Shown: in pieces, positions 1 to 8,447 of the stretch
Layout: each line of letters begins with the position of its first letter
Position numbering within the stretch: the stretch's first letter is position 1
Assembly: GCA_035552595.1 (NCBI GenBank)
Contig: DASZKZ010000032.1
Coordinates: 15,456 to 79,455, forward strand
From: Candidatus Dormiibacterota bacterium
Lineage (GTDB): Bacteria; Chloroflexota; Dormibacteria; Aeolococcales; Aeolococcaceae
DNA: 64,000 bases
Direction of reading: 5' to 3'
Notes under the pieces: model-generated
The model's database searches: none
What the model saw: only the letters and a program-made list of their open reading frames with translations
What the model was told of the DNA's origin: nothing
Made by a program: the position numbers and the translations under genes

Positions 1-249
1 CCGCGCCTGCACCCCCATCTCGGTGGCGATGATCTGGGCCAGGGTGGTCTTGCCGAGACCGGGCGGTCCGTAGAGGAGGATGTGATCGATGGGCTCGCCG
101 CGCCCGCGTGCTGCTTCGACGAGCACATGCACCTGCTCGTGGATCCCCGCCTGGCCGACGAAGTCCTCGAGCCGCTGAGGGCGCAGCGCCACCTCGGCGG
201 CGTGCTCCTCGTCGATCTCGAACGGCGTCACGTCCCGGGGCTCGTCCAT
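1..249 (-). CDS. ruvB: Holliday junction branch migration helicase RuvB (5' part only; runs off the window edge)
   Basis: Hand translation gives [33 protein letters not shown]...[20 protein letters not shown], with the Walker A and LRP motifs. The ATG overlaps the ruvA stop. Not in the ORF track. Confidence 0.95.
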   Translation of the reverse strand, partial: MDEPRDVTPFEIDEEHAAEVALRPQRLEDFVGQAGIHEQVHVLVEAARGRGEPIDHILLYGPPGLGKTTLAQIIATEMGVQAR

Positions 250-863
250 CAGCCCGCCGCCACCATGTCGAGGCGGCGCAGAGCCGAGGCCACCAGGGCG
301 GCGACATCGAGCGGCTCGGCGCCGTCGCGGAGTGCCGCCTTGACCGCGTCGCGCGCCGTGGCCTCGCGGAATCCCATGGTGGCGAGCCCGTCGACCGCTG
401 CCCGCACGGCCTGCTCGGCCGCCGCCTCTGTCGGGGTGGCGCTGTCGCCGGGGAGGGCCAGGCCGTCGAGCTTGTCGCGGAGTTCGAGCACCACGCGCTC
501 CGCCGTCTTGAGGCCGATCCCCGGGACGGTGGCGACCATGGCCGCGTCGCCGCTGCGCAGCGCCCGAACCATGGTGGTGAGGTCGGCGCGCCCGAGGATC
601 CCCAGTGCCGCCTTGGGCCCGATCCGCTCCACCGCGATGAGCAGCCGGAAGAGGCGCAGCTCCTCGGCGCTGGCGAAACCGTAGAGGCGGATGGCGTCGG
701 CGCTGACCGAGGTGTGGACGTGGAGCGTCACTTCGCCGGCGGTCCCGTGCAGACTCACCGCGGTGCGGAGGTGGCACTGCACCGCGTAGCCCACACCGTT
801 GACGTCAAGAGTGACCAGATCATCGTCGACGGCGGCAACCCGTCCGCGCAGGAGCGCGATCAC
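249..863 (-). CDS. ruvA: Holliday junction branch migration protein RuvA
   Basis: MIALLRG...VNGVGY, LYGF, HhH motifs IGPKAAL and [10 protein letters not shown]; lies between ruvC and ruvB. Confidence 0.95.
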   Translation of the reverse strand: MIALLRGRVAAVDDDLVTLDVNGVGYAVQCHLRTAVSLHGTAGEVTLHVHTSVSADAIRLYGFASAEELRLFRLLIAVERIGPKAALGILGRADLTTMVRALRSGDAAMVATVPGIGLKTAERVVLELRDKLDGLALPGDSATPTEAAAEQAVRAAVDGLATMGFREATARDAVKAALRDGAEPLDVAALVASALRRLDMVAAG

Positions 864-1429
864 GGGGCGCCCGCCGCCAGGCGCGCTCGGGCCGCGGCGA
901 CGGCGGTGTCGAGAGCGCGCACCGCCGGAGCGGCGCGGCCGCGCCCGACGCGCAGCGTGAGACCGGCGCGGTGGTGATGGCAGACAGCGATGGCGCAGGC
1001 ATCAGCGACGTCATCGGGTCCGTCGATGCGGTCCACGGAGAGCAGCTGCATGGTCATGCGCAGCACCTGCGGCTTGCGCGCCGCCCCGTAGCCGGCCACC
1101 GACTCCTTGACCTCGTTGGGGGTGTACTCGCTGACCGGGACTCCCGCTCCGGCGAGGGCGCAGAGCAGCACCCCTCGCGCCTCGCTGACCCGCATCGCGG
1201 TGCTGCGGTTGGTGGAGAAGAAGAGCCGCTCCACAGCGGCGAAAGCCGGCCGGTGAGCGGCCACCACGGTGGTGATCAGGCCCGAGAGCAGGAAGAGACG
1301 CTCGGCGTCGTCCACCCCGGCCGGGGTGCTCAGGCATTCGCTGTGTACCAGGGTGAGCGCTCCGGGCCGGCCGTCCACGACGGCGACGCCGGTGCGACCC
1401 AGCCCCGGATCGACGCCCAGGACGCGCAC
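860..1429 (-). CDS. ruvC: Crossover junction endodeoxyribonuclease RuvC
   Basis: MRVLGVDPGLGRTG, VERLFF, EYTPNEVK and DDVADACAIA catalytic motifs. Confidence 0.95.
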   Translation of the reverse strand: MRVLGVDPGLGRTGVAVVDGRPGALTLVHSECLSTPAGVDDAERLFLLSGLITTVVAAHRPAFAAVERLFFSTNRSTAMRVSEARGVLLCALAGAGVPVSEYTPNEVKESVAGYGAARKPQVLRMTMQLLSVDRIDGPDDVADACAIAVCHHHRAGLTLRVGRGRAAPAVRALDTAVAAARARLAAGAP

Positions 1430-1433
1430 CCGG

Positions 1434-2192
1434 TCAGCCGACCGACTCGAGGACGTTGTCGGGGATCTCGGCGTTGGCGTACACCTGCTGCACGTCGTCG
1501 TCCTCCTCGAGCGCGTCGAGGAGCCGGAGCACGGCGACGGCCTGCTTGGCGTCGAGAGGCACCGACGTGCTCGGGTTCATGGTCACCTCACCGGAGTCGA
1601 CGGTGTGACCGGCAGCCTCGATGGCGGCGCGTGCCGCCTCGAAGTCGCTGGGGCTGACGGTGACCACGACGCTGTCACCGTCGAGTCCGACGTCCCCCTC
1701 TGCACCGACGTCGACCACCTCGAGCAGCTCGAGCGCGAGCTCCTCGGGGTCGTATTTCCCTGCCGGCACTCGGAGCACCCCCTGCTGGGTGAACATCCAG
1801 CCCACGCTGTTGGTCTCCCCGAGCGACCCGCCGGCGCGGGTGAAGAGGTTGCGGATGGCGGCCACGGTGCGGTTGCGGTTGTCGGAGAGGACGTCGACCA
1901 TCACGGCCACACCGTGCGGACCGTATCCCTCGTAGCGGATCTCCTCGAGCTGGACGCCCTCCTTGCCTCCGGCCCCACGCTGCACGGCGCGCTCGACGTT
2001 GTCGGCGGGCATGTTGACCTCGCGCGCCTTCTGCATGGCCAGGCGCAGCCTGAAGTTCGAGGTGGGGTCGGGCCCACCCTCACGGGCGGCCACCGACAGC
2101 TCGCGGGTGACCTTGGTGAAGGTCTGGCCACGCTTGGCGTCGACGATCGCCTTCTTGTGCTTGATCCCCGCCCACTTGCTGTGACCGGACAT
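1434..2192 (-). CDS. yebC: YebC/PmpR family protein
   Basis: MSGHSKWAGIKHKK start with a GGAGG RBS; YEGYGPHGVAV and DNRNRT motifs. The ORF-track start (2333) is too far upstream. Confidence 0.93.
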   Translation of the reverse strand: MSGHSKWAGIKHKKAIVDAKRGQTFTKVTRELSVAAREGGPDPTSNFRLRLAMQKAREVNMPADNVERAVQRGAGGKEGVQLEEIRYEGYGPHGVAVMVDVLSDNRNRTVAAIRNLFTRAGGSLGETNSVGWMFTQQGVLRVPAGKYDPEELALELLEVVDVGAEGDVGLDGDSVVVTVSPSDFEAARAAIEAAGHTVDSGEVTMNPSTSVPLDAKQAVAVLRLLDALEEDDDVQQVYANAEIPDNVLESVG

Positions 2193-2336
2193 GGGTCCTC
2201 CGTTGCCGAACAGGCGTTTGCCATTGTATTCGCGCCGCCCCACCCAGTCTATGAGTCGGCGCCGGGTTGCCGAGCCGGCACGAGAGGGGCCGACCACCCC
2301 GCTTCGGACATCGGCGTGACGGATCGGCGGCACCCC

Positions 2337-2364
2337 TTGACTAGCCGCCGGAGAGGGCTATCCT
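2337..2364 (+). promoter_or_regulatory. Sigma70-type promoter
   Basis: TTGACT (2337-2342), 16-nt spacer, TATCCT (2359-2364). It points at a region with no long CDS that ends in a terminator. Confidence 0.65.
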
Positions 2365-2370
2365 GAAGGT

Positions 2371-2697
2371 ACGGAACCGACTGCATACGGAGGAACCCTT
2401 CACGATGCGTACGGTCTTCGAGCTTCTCCGGCACACTCGAGCCGAGATTTAGGGCCCGACTCTCGGGTCGTCCTCGCCGCGGTCCTCGGCGCCACCGTTT
2501 GATACCCGGGCACGTTGCCCGAAGGGTTCCGGTGACTGGTTGGAAAGAGCGCAGAAGGGCGGCGGAGGCGACGAGGTCGGGCTGGCCAGCCGGCACCAGC
2601 AATGGTGCCCACAACAATCAGCCCGGCTCATCCGCCGGGCGGCCGACTCAGTTCGGCAGAGTTTCGGGGACCGGCCACAGCGCCGGTCCCTTTCTTT
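2371..2697 (+). ncRNA. Candidate structured ncRNA of about 330 nt, family unassigned (6S/Ms1-like rod possible)
   Basis: Flanked by a promoter and an intrinsic terminator. Nested helices 2428-2432/2634-2638, 2439-2444/2624-2629 and 2454-2460/2576-2582, plus a GCAA-tetraloop hairpin at 2592-2609. Confidence 0.55.
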
Positions 2698-3251
2698 GTG
2701 CCCAGGCCTTGCCGGGCCGACACCGCCGCATGGCCCGTCCACCAGAAGCGCAGCGGCAGCTCGGCCGCGCGGCTGATGCCCACTCGCGGGCCGCTCGACA
2801 GGGGGGCAGGCCGGGGGGCGGCCTCGAGGCGCAGCCGTCCCGGCCGGCAGAGATCGACGCCGTTGTCGGCGCCGCCGATGTGGAGGCCGCGGCAGAGGTT
2901 TCCGGGCCCGCTGAGCAGCTGCGAGGCTGCCACGGTCTCACCGCGGCGAGCACGGACGACGCGCTCGCCCCTCTCCACCGCGGCGGCGCGCAGCAGCACC
3001 GCCGCCGCCGTCCCATCCGGGCCGCAGATGACGTTGGCGCAGTGATGCACGCCGTAGCTGAAGTACACGTAGAGGTGCCCGGGCGGGCCGAACATGATCG
3101 CCGAGCGCGGGGTGGGGCCCCGGTGGGCGTGAGAGGCGGGGTCGTCCTCTCCGAGGTAGGCCTCCACCTCGACGATGCGGGCGCGGACCGCGTCCGGTGT
3201 CCCGGTGTCGACGGCCAGAACGGCGCCGACGAGGTCGCGGGCCACCTCCAC
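2628..3251 (-). CDS. mpg: DNA-3-methyladenine glycosylase (MPG/AAG family); true start may lie about 30-40 nt upstream
   Basis: RIVEVEAYLGEDDPASH, MFGPPGHLYVYFSYGVHHCANV, AVLLRA, GPGNLC and GPRVGIS motifs. Confidence 0.9.
   Translation of the reverse strand: MEVARDLVGAVLAVDTGTPDAVRARIVEVEAYLGEDDPASHAHRGPTPRSAIMFGPPGHLYVYFSYGVHHCANVICGPDGTAAAVLLRAAAVERGERVVRARRGETVAASQLLSGPGNLCRGLHIGGADNGVDLCRPGRLRLEAAPRPAPLSSGPRVGISRAAELPLRFWWTGHAAVSARQGLGTKKGTGAVAGPRNSAELSRPPGG
2667..2697 (+). terminator. Rho-independent terminator
   Basis: GGGACCGGC-cacagc-GCCGGTCCC 9-bp stem followed by TTTCTTT. Confidence 0.75.
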
Positions 3252-3289
3252 CGCGCTCCTGCCCAGGCGCGCCCGGGACAGCTGCCGGG

Positions 3290-5746
3290 CTACCGCCGCA
3301 CCTCGGCTCCGCAGCGAGCCCGCAGGCCGGCGGCGATCGCCTCCTGCACCTGCTGCGCCTCCTCGGAGGTGAGCGTGCGGTCGGGGGCACGGTAGGCAAG
3401 GCGGAAGGTCCAGCCCTTGCGCCCCGGCCCCAGGCTCGCGCTTCGGTACTCGTCGTAGAGGACGGCGCTGTCGAGCAGCGCACCCCCCGCCTCGCGGACG
3501 GCCCGCAGCGCATCGCCGGCGCGCGCGTCGTCCGGCACCGTCACGGCGAGGTCCTGGACCACCGCGGGATGGCGCGGGGGTGGATGGTAGCTCCGCGGCG
3601 CGGGACTCCTGGGGGTGAGCAGATCGATATCGACCTCGGCGACCACAACCCTGCCACGCAGATCGAACCGTGCCGCCGTGGCCGGGTCGAGCTCGCCGAC
3701 CAGCCCGACGTCGGTCCCGCCGCAGACCAGCCGTCCAGCGCGGCCCGGGCGCAGGCCGGGCACGTCGGCGGGCTCGGTCTCCACACCACCCGCTCCGAGG
3801 TCGGCGGCGAGCCGGATGATCACCGCTTGGAGGTGGCGGATTCGGGCTGCCGCGGCGCTCCCGTCGGAGGCCGAGACGGCCGCCCCCAGGAGGAGCGGTT
3901 CGGCCGGAAGCGGGGTGAGGCGGTCATCGCCACCGTCGTCGGTCGAACCCGGCACTGGGCCGGCGCGCTCCCCCTCCCAAAAGGCGCGGCCGAGCTCGAA
4001 GAGGCCGACCTCCTCGACACCGCGGCGGAGGTTGCCGGCGACCGCGTCCACCACCCCGGGCAGCAGGCTGGTGCGGAGCACGCTCCAGCTCTCGCTCAGC
4101 GGGTTGCGCAGCGGGATCGGCACGCGCTCGCCGCCGACCCCTCGGAGCGCAGCCGCCCGACCTGTGGAGATGAAGGACCAGGTGATGGCCTCGTCGAACC
4201 CGGCGCCGATGAGGACGTCCTTGACGTGATCCTCCAGGGGAGCTCCGGCGGCCAGGGTGCTGACGGCGGTCCGGCGTCCCGGGAGGGTGCTGGGGACGCG
4301 ATCGTAGCCGAGCAACCTCCCCACCTCCTCGACGACGTCCTCGATGAGCGTGACGTCACGGCGGAAGTGCGGGACGGTCACGGTCAGCTCGTCCCCGTTC
4401 TGCTCGACGCCGAAGTCGAGCCGGGCCAGCACGGTGGCGGCTTCGGTGGCGTCCACCGGGTAGCCGAGCTGGGCGGAGATGACGGCTCCGCTCACCTCGA
4501 TGGGGGGGATGGCCGGCAGCGGGCGAGGCCGAACGTCGACGCTGTCCTTGAGGACGTGGCCGGCGCCGAGCTCGGCCAGGAGCGCCGCTGCCCGGTCCAG
4601 CGCGATCGGGGGCAGGGTGTCGCTGAGCCCTTTCTCGAACAGGGTCGACGCATCGGTGCGGACCCCGAGGCGCTTGGACGTGGCCCGAATCGTGGGGCCG
4701 TCCCAGCTGGCGGCCTCGAGCAGCACGTTGCGGGTGGTCTCGTCGACCGCGGTCGCGGCCCCTCCGATCACCCCGGCGATGCTGGCCGGGGTGTCACCGG
4801 CGCACACCGCCACGTCGTCCGGCCCCACGGTCCGCTCGGCGCCATCAAGACAGAGGATCGGCTCTCCTCGGCCGCGGCGCACCACCACTCGTGCCGGCCC
4901 CCCGTCGGCGCCCTGGACGGCGAGGAAGCGGTCGAGGTCGAAGGCGTGCAGCGGCTGGCCCAGCTCGCGGGCCACATAGTTGGTGACGTCGACGACGTTG
5001 TTGATGGGCCGCAGCCCGACCGCCCGGAGCCGGCGCTGGACCCAGTCGGGCGATGGGGCCACTGCGACGTTCTCGATGATGCGCACGGCAAAACGGGGGC
5101 AGCCGTCGGGGTCCTCCACGACCACCTCGGCGCGGCGCGCCATGCTGGCGGCGCTGAGAAGGCCGTCCGCGATGGCGGGATCGGGTTCGCGCACCGTCTC
5201 CCCCACCGCCGCCGCCATCTCGCGCGCGATCCCGACGTGGCAGAGGCAGTCGGGCCGGTTGGTGGTGACCTCCACCTCGAGAACGGTGTCGAGGGCCAGC
5301 ACCTCGTGCAGCGGCTGCCCGGGCACTCCGTGGTCGAGATGGAAGATGCCGTCCGAGTCCTCCCCGACGCCGAGCTCCGCGGCCGAGCAGAGCATTCCCG
5401 GCGAGTGATACCTGCCCTCGAACATCGACCGGACCCCGAGCGGCGTGTCTCGCCCCGGGAGCAGGGTGCCCACGGGCGCGTAGGGCACCAGGTCGCCGAC
5501 GCTGAGGTTGGGAGCGGCGGTGAGAACGCGGATCGGTTCCGCCCCGGTGTCGAGGTCGGCAAAGCGCACTCCTCGTGTCGATTCGGGCACCGGTTCCAAA
5601 CCGGCCACCCGGGCGACGATGACCCCGGTGGGTCCGCGCTCCACACGGTCCACCTCGGTGCCGGTGTCGACCAGGCCCTGCACCAGGATGTCGAGCGGCG
5701 CATCGAGGACCGCGTACTCGCGCAGCCAGTCGAGCGAGACCCTCAT
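3290..5746 (-). CDS. pheT: Phenylalanine--tRNA ligase beta subunit
   Basis: MRVSLDWLREY start coupled to the pheS stop; SPGMLCSAAELG, NRPDC, INNVVDVTNY, DLIEDVVEEVGRLLGY-like and LRNPLS motifs, plus a C-terminal FDX-ACB domain. Confidence 0.95.
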   Translation of the reverse strand: MRVSLDWLREYAVLDAPLDILVQGLVDTGTEVDRVERGPTGVIVARVAGLEPVPESTRGVRFADLDTGAEPIRVLTAAPNLSVGDLVPYAPVGTLLPGRDTPLGVRSMFEGRYHSPGMLCSAAELGVGEDSDGIFHLDHGVPGQPLHEVLALDTVLEVEVTTNRPDCLCHVGIAREMAAAVGETVREPDPAIADGLLSAASMARRAEVVVEDPDGCPRFAVRIIENVAVAPSPDWVQRRLRAVGLRPINNVVDVTNYVARELGQPLHAFDLDRFLAVQGADGGPARVVVRRGRGEPILCLDGAERTVGPDDVAVCAGDTPASIAGVIGGAATAVDETTRNVLLEAASWDGPTIRATSKRLGVRTDASTLFEKGLSDTLPPIALDRAAALLAELGAGHVLKDSVDVRPRPLPAIPPIEVSGAVISAQLGYPVDATEAATVLARLDFGVEQNGDELTVTVPHFRRDVTLIEDVVEEVGRLLGYDRVPSTLPGRRTAVSTLAAGAPLEDHVKDVLIGAGFDEAITWSFISTGRAAALRGVGGERVPIPLRNPLSESWSVLRTSLLPGVVDAVAGNLRRGVEEVGLFELGRAFWEGERAGPVPGSTDDGGDDRLTPLPAEPLLLGAAVSASDGSAAAARIRHLQAVIIRLAADLGAGGVETEPADVPGLRPGRAGRLVCGGTDVGLVGELDPATAARFDLRGRVVVAEVDIDLLTPRSPAPRSYHPPPRHPAVVQDLAVTVPDDARAGDALRAVREAGGALLDSAVLYDEYRSASLGPGRKGWTFRLAYRAPDRTLTSEEAQQVQEAIAAGLRARCGAEVRR

Positions 5747-6750
5747 GCCTGGCTCACGAAGCGCACGTCGTTCTCGTACAGGAGGCGGCCGTCCTCGATG
5801 CCGTAGGCCAGCATGGCGATCCTCTCCACCCCCATGCCGAAGGCGAATCCGCTGTACCGGGCGGGATCCACCCTGCCATTGCGCAGGACGTTGGGGTGGA
5901 TCATGCCGGCGCCGAGGATCTCCAGCCAGCCGCTCCCCTTGCACAGCCGGCACCCCTCGCCGCCGCACATCGCGCAGGAGACGTCGAGCTCGACGGAGGG
6001 TTCGGTGAACTCGAAGTGGTGAGGGCGGAGCCGGGTCGCTCGGTCCACGCCGAAGATGGAGCGGGCGAAGAAGTCCAGGGTGCCCTTGAGGTCGCTGAGC
6101 GCGATGCCCTCGTCGATGCACATCCCCTCGACCTGGAAGAACATGGGGAAGTGAGTGGCGTCGTAGTCGCGCCGGAACGCCTTGCCGGGCACGATCACCC
6201 GCTGGGGCGCGCCGCGGCTGAGCATGCTGCGGATCTGCACCGGCGAGGTGTGGGTGCGGAGGAGGCGGTCCTCGTCGATGAAGAAGGTGTCCTGGGTGTC
6301 GCGGGAGGGGTGCCCCGGGGGCATGTTGACCAGCGTGAAGTTGTAGCGGTCGTACTCGACCTCCGGACCGGCGACCGCGATGTAGCCGAGCTGGGCGAAG
6401 ATCCGCCGCACGTCCTGGAAGACGCGGGTCACCGGATGAAGGTGGCCGCGGGGCAGTGGCGGTGGTGGCCAGGTCAGGTCGAGTGCCACGGACGTTCCAT
6501 CCCGCGTCGCCGCAGCGCCCAGGGCGGCCCGGCGCTCCTCGATCGCCTCGTCCACCCGCGCCACGACGGCGTTGACCACCTGGCCCATGACGCGCCGCCC
6601 CTCGGCGTCGGCGATGGCGCCGATCTGCTTGCGGAACACCGTCAGCAGGCCGTCTCCACGTCCCAGGTAGCGCGCCCTCAGCCCGTCGAGGGCAGTGGCA
6701 TCGGGCGCCGCCGTGATCTCATCCAGGGCGGCGGCCGCGACGGCATGCAC
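5743..6750 (-). CDS. pheS: Phenylalanine--tRNA ligase alpha subunit
   Basis: GHLHP, HPSRDTQDTF, LRTHTSPVQIR, HFPMFFQVEG, FEFTEPS and GFAFGMGVERIAM. GTG at 6750 has GGAGG upstream (ORF track starts at 6810). Confidence 0.95.
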   Translation of the reverse strand: MHAVAAAALDEITAAPDATALDGLRARYLGRGDGLLTVFRKQIGAIADAEGRRVMGQVVNAVVARVDEAIEERRAALGAAATRDGTSVALDLTWPPPPLPRGHLHPVTRVFQDVRRIFAQLGYIAVAGPEVEYDRYNFTLVNMPPGHPSRDTQDTFFIDEDRLLRTHTSPVQIRSMLSRGAPQRVIVPGKAFRRDYDATHFPMFFQVEGMCIDEGIALSDLKGTLDFFARSIFGVDRATRLRPHHFEFTEPSVELDVSCAMCGGEGCRLCKGSGWLEILGAGMIHPNVLRNGRVDPARYSGFAFGMGVERIAMLAYGIEDGRLLYENDVRFVSQA

Positions 6751-6806
6751 GTCGGTGCCTCCCGGGCCGCCGTCGGAACCTGGCGGTGGCGCTCCACGCT
6801 GGCTGG

Positions 6807-7169
6807 TCACGCCGACGTCAGAGCGCCTCGGGCCACCTCGACGAGCTGGGTGAAGGATGCCGAGTCCTCGACCGCCAGGTCGGCAAGCATCTTGCGGTTG
6901 ATATCGAGCCCGGCGTTCTTGAGGCCGTGCATGAACTGGCTGTAGGCGAGACCGTTCTGGCGCGCCGCCGCGTTGATGCGCGTGATCCAGAGCGCCCGCA
7001 TGTCGCCCTTGCGCAGCTTGCGATCACGGTATTGGTAGGCGAGCGAGTGCATGACCGCCTCGTTGGCGGCCTTGAAGAGCAGCCGCCGGTCCCCCTGCAT
7101 GCCCTCCGCCAGCTCGAGGATCTTCTTGTGGCGGGCACGTGCTGTCACGCCCCTCTTGACTCTCGCCAT
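6807..7169 (-). CDS. rplT: 50S ribosomal protein L20
   Basis: [32 protein letters not shown]. Confidence 0.97.
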   Translation of the reverse strand: MARVKRGVTARARHKKILELAEGMQGDRRLLFKAANEAVMHSLAYQYRDRKLRKGDMRALWITRINAAARQNGLAYSQFMHGLKNAGLDINRKMLADLAVEDSASFTQLVEVARGALTSA

Positions 7170-7184
7170 GGTGCCTCCTCCGGC

Positions 7185-7382
7185 CTACAGGTATGGCGCC
7201 AGGCGGCGGACGGTCTTCACGTCTGCCGGCGACACCCGGTGTTGCTTGTTCATGACCCGCTTGCGCTTGCTGCTCTTGTGTTCGAGCATGTGCGACTTGA
7301 ACGCCTTGCGGCGCATCACCTTGCCTGTGCTGGTGATACGAAAACGCTTCTGGGTTGCTTTATGCGTCCGAATCTTTGGCAT
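7185..7382 (-). CDS. rpmI: 50S ribosomal protein L35
   Basis: MPKIRTHKATQKRFRIT; sits between infC and rplT. Confidence 0.95.
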   Translation of the reverse strand: MPKIRTHKATQKRFRITSTGKVMRRKAFKSHMLEHKSSKRKRVMNKQHRVSPADVKTVRRLAPYL

Positions 7383-8274
7383 TGGCTCCTCCCCGCGTGT
7401 CAGCGGCTGGTGTCGTGGTATCGGTGGACGCCGGCTCGGCGGCGGCCCTCGTGGTGGCGGCGGAGCGCTTCGCCGGGCTCTTGACTGACGCCGTCGCCGG
7501 GGCTTTCGCTGCGCTCTTCGTCACACTCTTCGTGGGACTCGCGGCCGGGCTCTTGGTCGAGGTCGTTGTCGAACTCCTGGGCGCTGCCTTGGCGGCAGCG
7601 GGTGCGGTCGCCGCCGGCTCGGTGCCGGTCTGCTTCGGTTCGGTGCTCTCCGAGTCGGTGCGCGCAGAGGGCGGCGAGACCGGCGCGGCCGCCGCGGTGG
7701 CGCCGTTGCCCTGCGCGGGGTGGCCATCGCTGTGGGGCCGGTCCCCGCGGGCCTGCTTCTTGGTGGTGGGGCTGAGGATCATGATCATGTTCCGGCCTTC
7801 CACGAGCGGGGATCGTTCGATGATGGCGAGCTCGCTGAGCTCCTCGGTCATGCGATCGAGCAGCTTCCGACCGAATTCCTGGTGCACCATCTCCCGGCCG
7901 CGGAACATGATGGTGAGCTTCACCTTGTCACCCTCTCCCAGGAACTGCTTGACCTTGGCCAGCTTGGTGCGGAAGTCGTGATCCGAGATCTTCGGGCGCA
8001 GCTTCTGCTCTTTCAGCTGGACGACGTTGTGGTCTCTGCGGCTGTCCTTCTCCCGCTTCAGCGCTTCGAACTTGAACCGCCCGTAATCCATGAGCCGGCA
8101 GACCGGAGGCTGAGCCAGCGGGGCCACCTCGACCAGGTCGAGGCCGCGCTCCACGGCGAGCTGCCGGGCCGTTTCAACGGGGACGATGCCGAGCGCTTCG
8201 TCGGTGGTGTCGTCAAAAAGACGCACCTGCGGGATGCGGATCTGCTCGTTGATCCTCAGCTCTCGAAATGCGAT
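7360..8274 (-). CDS. infC: Translation initiation factor IF-3 with a predicted ATC start and an approximately 135-aa low-complexity C-terminal tail
   Basis: In-frame (I)AFRELRINEQIRIPQVRL upstream of the ORF-track GTG, with GGAGG 9 nt before ATC at 8274. DLVEVAP...PPVCRLMDYG, RPKISDHD, KVKLTIMFRGRE motifs. Confidence 0.92.
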   Translation of the reverse strand: MAFRELRINEQIRIPQVRLFDDTTDEALGIVPVETARQLAVERGLDLVEVAPLAQPPVCRLMDYGRFKFEALKREKDSRRDHNVVQLKEQKLRPKISDHDFRTKLAKVKQFLGEGDKVKLTIMFRGREMVHQEFGRKLLDRMTEELSELAIIERSPLVEGRNMIMILSPTTKKQARGDRPHSDGHPAQGNGATAAAAPVSPPSARTDSESTEPKQTGTEPAATAPAAAKAAPRSSTTTSTKSPAASPTKSVTKSAAKAPATASVKSPAKRSAATTRAAAEPASTDTTTPAADTRGGANAKDSDA

Positions 8275-8413
8275 GGGTGGAAACCTCCAAACACAAAAAA
8301 CCTGGACAGCGATCCGCTATCCAGGCCTGGGCCGATCTGGACCTCCAAGGCGAGCCCGGAAGGTGGGGTCCGCAGCGCACGGGCCCTCTTTGCGGCGCCA
8401 CGGTGGCGTCCGA
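8275..8413 (-). promoter_or_regulatory. infC 5' leader with attenuator (L20-leader-like)
   Basis: Leader of about 140 nt between an extended -10 and the infC RBS, containing a terminator and an alternative GUCCAG/CUGGAU pairing. Its position upstream of infC-rpmI-rplT matches known L20 leaders. Confidence 0.55.
8295..8325 (-). terminator. Intrinsic terminator/attenuator upstream of infC
   Basis: CCTGGATAGCG-gat-CGCTGTCCAGG 11-bp stem plus T6 on the minus strand, ending just before the RBS. Confidence 0.8.
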
Positions 8414-8419
8414 CAACTC

Positions 8420-8428
8420 AGCATATCA
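8420..8428 (-). promoter_or_regulatory. Extended -10 promoter for the infC operon
   Basis: TG-A-TATGCT on the minus strand. Confidence 0.5.
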
Positions 8429-8447
8429 CGCTCGCGGCGCGTCTTCC

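Noticed and set aside
2371-2697. Identification of the candidate RNA as RNase P RNA, tmRNA or SRP RNA
   Set aside because: No GAGGAAAGUCC, no tRNA-like ends or tag peptide, and no SRP helix-8 motif on either strand.
6751-6810. N-terminal extension of PheS in the ORF track
   Set aside because: The GTG at 6750 has a well-spaced GGAGG and gives a normal length.
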